Source: Macrostomum lignano
Lineage: Eukaryota
Length of the DNA stretch: 64,000 nucleotides
Direction: 5' to 3'
Assembly (NCBI GenBank): GCA_002269645.1
Contig: NIVC01000738.1
Span: 62,001 to 126,000 of the forward strand
Shown: positions 59,201 through 64,000 of the stretch, piece by piece
Position numbering within the stretch: the stretch's first letter is position 1
Layout of the letters: the number at the start of each line of letters is the position of its first letter
The notes under the pieces: generated by a model
Told to the model about the DNA's origin: nothing
Databases searched by the model: none
Seen by the model: only the letters and a program-made list of their open reading frames with translations
Translations under genes and position numbers: made by a program

Positions 59201-62200
59201 CGCTCGTCCATGGAGTCGATCTCGCCCTGCAGGCGGTGCTTGGTCAGGATGACCCGGTCGTACTCCTCCTGCAGCTCCGCCAGCTCCGATCGCACCTTGT
59301 CAGCGTCCTCTGTTGCTGCGGCGGCGTCGGCAGCGGCGGCTTCGGCGTCGGCGGCTGAGGCTGCATCGGCAGCTGCTGCTTTGGCCTGCGGATTGGCGGG
59401 TCGAACAGTTCAGCAACTTGCGATGTGCATTCACCGGTCCGTTCTGGGGTTGCCACCCGTTTGTTTTGGGGTTGCCCCCCGTTTGTACTGGAGTTGCCAC
59501 TCGTTTGTTCTGGGGTTGCCACTCGTTTGTTTTGGAGTTGCCACCCGTTTGTTCTGGGGTTGCCACTCGTTTGTTTTGGAGTTGCCACCCGTTTGTTCTG
59601 GGGTTGCCACCCGTTTGTTTTGGGGTTGCCCCCCGTTTGTTTTGGGGTTGCCACCCCGTTTGTACTGGGGTTGCCACCCGTTTGTTTTGGGGTTGCCCCC
59701 CGTTTGTTTTGGGGTTGCCACCCGTTTGTTTTGGGGTTGCCCCCCGTTTGTTCTGGGGTTGCCACCCGTTTGTTTTGGGGTTGCCCCCCGTTTGTTTTGG
59801 GGTTGCCCCCCGTTTGTACTGGGGTTGCCACCCGTTTGTTTTGGGGTTGCCCCCGTTTGTTTTGGGGTTGCCACCCGTTTGTTTTGGGGTTGCCACCCGT
59901 TTGTTTTGGGGTTGCCACTCGCTTGTTTTGGGGTTGCCACCCGTTTGTTTTGGGGTTGCCACCCGTTTGTTTTGGGGTTGCCCCCCGTTTGTACTGGGGT
60001 TGCCACCCGTTTGTTTTGGGGTTGCCACCCGTTTGTTTTGGGGTTGCCCCCCGTTTGTACTGGGGTTGCCACCCGTTTGTTTTGGGGTTGCCCCCGTTTG
60101 TTTTGGGGTTGCCACCCGTTTGTTTTGGGGTTGCCACCCGTTTGTTTTGGGGTTGCCACTCGCTTGTTTTGGGGTTGCCACCCGTTTGTTTTGGGGTTGC
60201 CACATATTTGTTCAGAGGTTGCCACCTGTTTGTTTTGGGGTTGCCACCCGTTTGTTCTGGGTTTGCCACCTATTTGTTCTGGGGTTGCAACCTATTCGTT
60301 TTGGGGTTTCCACCGGTCTGTTCTGGGGTTGCCGCCTATTTTTCTGTGGTTGCCACCTGACTGTTCTGTAGGTTCCCACTAAGCCATTCGGTGCGATAAA
60401 GTGCGCATTGGTGCAGGCAGTAAAACGGCAGAGTGCATTGTCAGTGCAGACCCGGCAAGTGCAGCCAATGCATAAGGATCGGCGTATCTCTCCTCCAAAG
60501 TGGAGAACTTCTACATCAGAAAGCATGCGTGAGGAAGCGGTGCAGTAGCGAGTGGATTTCTGAGCATCACGCAATTTCAAGCAGATTTTACACTGAAACG
60601 CTACAACAACAAAGGCAAGGCGGAACCAAATTTACCTTCTCTTCTGCTTGCTGAAATTTGAATTTGTAATTTCGAAGCAGTGATTCAAGTAGGCAATGGT
60701 CTGAACAAAGTAAACAGCTAGGAAATAATTGCTGGTGTTTCGGACTTGCGGTGCCATCTACGAACTCAATTTGCGCAGTAACAGGTGCTACAGGTGTACA
60801 GTTTATGATAGTCGAGTCTGATGGGCTCTAATTAGAAACTTTTCTCACCTTCTCTTGATCGTCCCGCTCCGAGCGCTCGCTCTCCTCGATCTCCCGCTCC
60901 AAGCTGCCGATCCGGTCCTTCGCGTCCTTGAGCGGGCCGCACAGGCGGCTGTACTCCACCAGGGCGATGGTGTAGTGCACCAGAGTGGCCGCGTCCTCGC
61001 TGCTGTACTTTGCCTGCGAGATGGTGATGCCGCGCGGCCCGCCGTCGCCCGGCGACTGGTCACGGCGTCCGCGGATTTTCTCAACGTTGTCGGCGCCCTC
61101 AAGCAGCGAGCCTTCGCCGGTGACACCAAGCTGGCCGTCCTTGCTCTTGGCCAGGTAGCTCTCCACGGCTGCGGGTTGAGCATGGCTCCGATGACAGACC
61201 GGCTCTTGGTGAGACCTGGCTCCCAGCTCTTTAGTGGTCACAGCCGCCTACATGCACCTGAAGCTCCCAGCTCTTTAGTGGTCACAGCCACCTGCATGTA
61301 CCTGAAGCTCCCAGCTCTTCAGTTGTTACAGCCACCTGCATGTACCTGAAGCTCCCAGCCCTTCAGTGGCCACAGCCACCTGCATGTACCTGAAGCTCCC
61401 AGCCCTTCAGTGGCCACAGCCACCTGCATGTACCTGAAGCTCCCAGCTCTTCAGTTGTTACAGCCACCTGCATGTACCTGAAGCTCCCAGCCCTTCAGTT
61501 GTTACAGCCACCTGCATGTACCTGAAGCTCCCAGCCCTTCAGTTGTTACAGCCACCTGCATGTACCTGAAGCTCCCAGCCCTTCAGTTGTCAAAGCCATC
61601 TGAATGTACCTGAAGCTTCCAGCCCTTCAGTTGTCACAGCCACCTGCATGTACCTGAAGCTCCCAGTCTTTCAGCGAGGTCGTTTCTGTCCCCAAAAACG
61701 CAACCCAGGTGACAATCAGGCTACTCACTCCTGAGTACGTCCTTGTCCAGCCCGTCCTGCCAGCTGACGTTCTGCAGCATCTCCACAAACTTGACGGAGT
61801 CGTTCATGCTCTGCTGCATCTGCTTCCAGGCCGCTCTATCAACCTGTAGTCAATTTTTATGCAGACAGCATTTGCACTTTTGGAATCAAGTTTGAGAAGT
61901 CTGAATCGGGCGTAAACTTACGTACACACGTTTAAAGTTTTATTCAACAAGCTCACACAATAGGAGATTGGATTCAAATCCTACGCTTACTACTTTTAAG
62001 TAGACAATATCACCCTGACGCTCCTGATTCTTCAGTTGATAATTTGTAACGATGTCCCAAAATAATTTTATAGAATGATTTTTATTGGATACGCTGTTGC
62101 TATTCGAATTTCGAAATATTTTTGTGAACATTTCCCGGGGGCTTTCAATCCAGACACTGCAGATGTTCGGGAGTCCATGACTCGGTGGTCCTCACCTTTT

Positions 62201-64000
62201 CCTCCTTCTGCCCGCGCCCCGCCGGTTTCGCGGCCTGCGCCGAGCCCAGCGAGTTCCGGTCGCCCAGCAGGCCGTCGCCGTCCTTCCGCTTCTCCCCGCC
62301 GGCGCCGCCGGTGAGGCTGGGCGGCTTCTTGCCGATCAGCACGCAGACCATCTCCATCACCTGGCCGACCAGCGCCGGCGGATTCTGGAACGCCCGGATC
62401 CGCTCGATGCAGTTCCGGTCGACCTTGTTGCTCCAGCTCGCAACCTCCTTGCGCGCGTTCTCCAGGCTGGCCCGGCAGGCCTTGTACGTCTCCTTGGCCA
62501 CCGCCAGCTCGTCCCGCGCCTGCGTCTTCCGGTTCTTCATCGTCTCCTGTCGGATCTTCTCGAACTGCCTGTCGTACTCGTCGAATTCTTCGTTGGCGAG
62601 CAGCTCATCCTGCTCGGCTTCCTGGCGGGCGGGTTTTGGTGGCGAGTCTACCAATTGCAAAACATTCTCCGGAATTCAACACGCACTGAACTTCCTTTAT
62701 CCACGATTCCTTCCCAAAATGTCTCTTCTTAAGCTGTCCACGCCTTACTTTTGATTGACCTGAAATTTCACTTTTTAAGAAGCTATCTTTTGCAGAAATT
62801 TCCACTACCATTAAATATTACTGCCATGAAATTTCCCCTACCCGAAATTTCCCTTACCGAACAATTCATTTCCCCGAAAATTCACTTCCCCGATAACTCC
62901 CTCCCCCGATAATTCCCTTTCCTGATAACTCTCTCCCTCTGATAATTCCCTTTCCTGATAACTCTCTCCCTCTGATAATTCCCTCCTTCGTTAATTACCC
63001 GATAATTCCCTTCCCCGATAACTCCCTCCCCCGATAATTGCCTTCCCGATAATTCCCTCCCCCGATAATTCCCTTCCCCGATAATCCCCCCCCGATAATT
63101 GCCTTCCCGATAACTCCCTCCCCCGATAATTGCCTTCCCGATAACTCCCTCCCCCGATAATTGCCTTCCCGATAACTCCCTCCCACCCCCCAGAGGGGGC
63201 CGTAGCCCAGCGGTAGCGCAGCTGCTCTGGTGTGCCAGCGACCCAGGCTCGATTCCAAGTGCAGCCACATTAATTTGGGGCTGAATTGGAATCTCGGCTT
63301 GGCTCTGCTCGTGCAATTAACGGCCTTGAGAGCCAACCCCCCAAGGCGCAGTGAAGTGTACATGCCTAACGATAATATAAAGTTAGGGCCGCTGTACACT
63401 CCTGTGTGATTGTGTGCCTGCGTACGTATCCGCGCGCTTGTATGCCTGCTCAGGGGAGTCGGCGGAATGGGCAATAATGCCTCTCGCCGGTTGTGTGACA
63501 ATGTCGCTTAAAATGCACCAGGGTGAACACAACCCCCACCCCCTGCCTTTAATAAATAAATAAAAACTCCCTCTCCCGATAATTGCCTCCCCCGGTAACT
63601 CCCTCCACCGATAATTGCCTTCCCGATAACTCCCTCCACCGACAATCTTGAAAGCCGAGAAAGTTCAGAAGCGGCAATGAGCAAACCTCAGGCGGCAGGT
63701 CGTTCATCTTGAGAAAGTGGCTCAGCGACGAGTTCGGATCGGTGCGCGACCGAATTTTCTCCAACACGGTGACCTTCTTTGTCAGCTCGGCCAGCACCCG
63801 ATCGGCCTCGGCGCGCACCTCCTGGTAGTTTTGCAGCTTGGCTTTGCGGGCGGCGCGGATTGTGTGCTTGTCGTGCCGGCACTGCGCCAGAGTGGCGAGC
63901 GCGCGCCGGAGCAGCGCCAGGCGGTTGCGCCGCTCGCTAGTCTTGCTGGCGTACAGGTGGTGGAAGGCGTGCAGCAGGCGGCGGAAGTGGGTCGGGCCCA
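32257..64000 (-). CDS. Divergent dynein heavy chain, C-terminal ~1,800 aa (stalk/MTBD, AAA5, AAA6, C-terminal domain), 5'-partial. Exons: 63687-64000, 62196-62621, 61729-61843, 60849-61168, 58900-59385, 58288-58449, 57732-57977, 56836-57308, 54676-55489, 53980-54306, 52731-53160, 52011-52147, 50846-50963, 49791-50035, 48710-49240, 32257-32505
   Basis: The 16 GT-AG exons chain in frame. Dynein-like motifs: IERIRAFQNPPALVGQVMEMVCVLIG (MTBD), AAAFLTYCG, RENA..WPLICDP..AVTWL, EVECSPSFRLYLHT (AAA5), KKPDWMTDEAF, QRLCIVRSVRPERL, AMAEDAWALL (AAA6), EGIFVHGLCL, YSCPVY and KWALRGV (C-terminal domain). Orthology could not be assigned. Confidence 0.88.
32545..32940 (+). repeat. 21/12-bp minisatellite ggacagcta(gggcagcta)ata near the last dynein acceptor
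   Basis: Tandem repeat 40 bp from the 3' splice site. Confidence 0.93.
33221..48700 (+). repeat. 24-bp satellite array (gatgactggtcttccgcccct[a/g]tt)n, ~15.5 kb, ~645 units, inside the last dynein intron (32506-48709)
   Basis: Uninterrupted tandem array with recurrent variants (ctatt/ctgtt, gatgac/gataat, ttcatgat, gatcatgat) and scattered 1-bp indels. Confidence 0.98.
50069..50589 (+). repeat. 64-bp minisatellite, 8 near-identical copies (dynein intron)
   Basis: tgaattcaggtgaaggaggggattggcttgtattcaaatgtcttttccaggaaaatgaaagcac, period 64. Confidence 0.95.
51410..51695 (+). repeat. G-rich degenerate minisatellite (gggctgggctagggcaggaatgtaca)
   Basis: Many GGG tracts; partial higher-order duplication. 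Confidence 0.85.
53197..53945 (+). repeat. 20-bp minisatellite cactgataagcctagagcc(g/a), ~37 copies
   Basis: Fills almost the whole intron 53161-53979. Confidence 0.96.
54397..54606 (+). mobile_element. tRNA-derived SINE family A, longer copy, with a CORE-like segment
   Basis: Head ggttgtagtctagtggtcag...ggttcgattctcaacc has A and B boxes; tgtgtccttgagcaagacac resembles the start of the CORE domain; the 3' part matches 12110-12178. Confidence 0.75.
57430..57715 (+). repeat. ~61-bp minisatellite carrying the MEF2 consensus CTAAAAATAG, with related copies at 55660-55740
   Basis: Units gagagtgtacatgaaaaggata..aatgcttctaaaaatagaccagaaaaggaagc. Confidence 0.85.
59445..60355 (+). repeat. 22-bp minisatellite ggggttgccacccgtttgtttt, ~40 copies
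   Basis: Tandem array in dynein intron 59386-60848. Confidence 0.96.
61210..61670 (+). repeat. 44-bp minisatellite cagccacctgcatgtacctgaagctcccagcccttcagt.gtta, ~10 copies
   Basis: Tandem array, period 44. Confidence 0.93.
62880..63640 (+). repeat. Degenerate ccgataa(t/c)tccct(c/t)c minisatellite interrupted by a SINE
   Basis: Array at 62880-63185 resumes at 63567-63640. Confidence 0.88.
63195..63566 (+). mobile_element. tRNA-derived SINE family B, near full length
   Basis: Head ggggccgtagcccagcggtagcg...ggctcgattcc has A and B boxes; the body is shared with 16394-16612; tail is taataaataaataaaaa. Confidence 0.75.

Noticed and set aside
59244-60382. ORFs with repeated CHPFVLGLPP or PKQTGGNPK
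   Set aside because: These are translations of the 22-bp intronic repeat. The true exon (58900-59385) is on the minus strand.

Overview
Eukaryotic (metazoan) genomic DNA with GT-AG introns, GC-rich exons and AT-rich intergenic DNA. The style (Ala/Gln/Ser-rich exons, introns full of minisatellites) suggests a flatworm such as Macrostomum, but that is inference. From left to right the window holds: the 3' part of an inactivated Ty3/gypsy LTR retrotransposon with its PPT and 159-bp LTR; a decayed mariner transposase; two hAT-like MITEs; a C18orf32/UPF0729 homologue; a short (196 aa) MEF2; SIRT7 with a Ser-rich repeat insertion in the catalytic domain; MINPP1 ending in RDEL; and 16 exons (~1,800 aa) of the C-terminal part of a divergent dynein heavy chain on the minus strand. 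The last dynein intron (16.2 kb) is almost entirely a 24-bp satellite array (~15.5 kb, ~645 units) with kilobase-scale higher-order structure. Its RGG-coding frame is in phase with the upstream exon and is blocked there by a single TGA. About 15 of the 24 introns modelled carry their own unrelated tandem repeat. Two tRNA-derived SINE families and clusters of perfect MEF2 sites are also present. No CRISPR array or prokaryotic system was found; the very long ORFs in the track are repeat artefacts.
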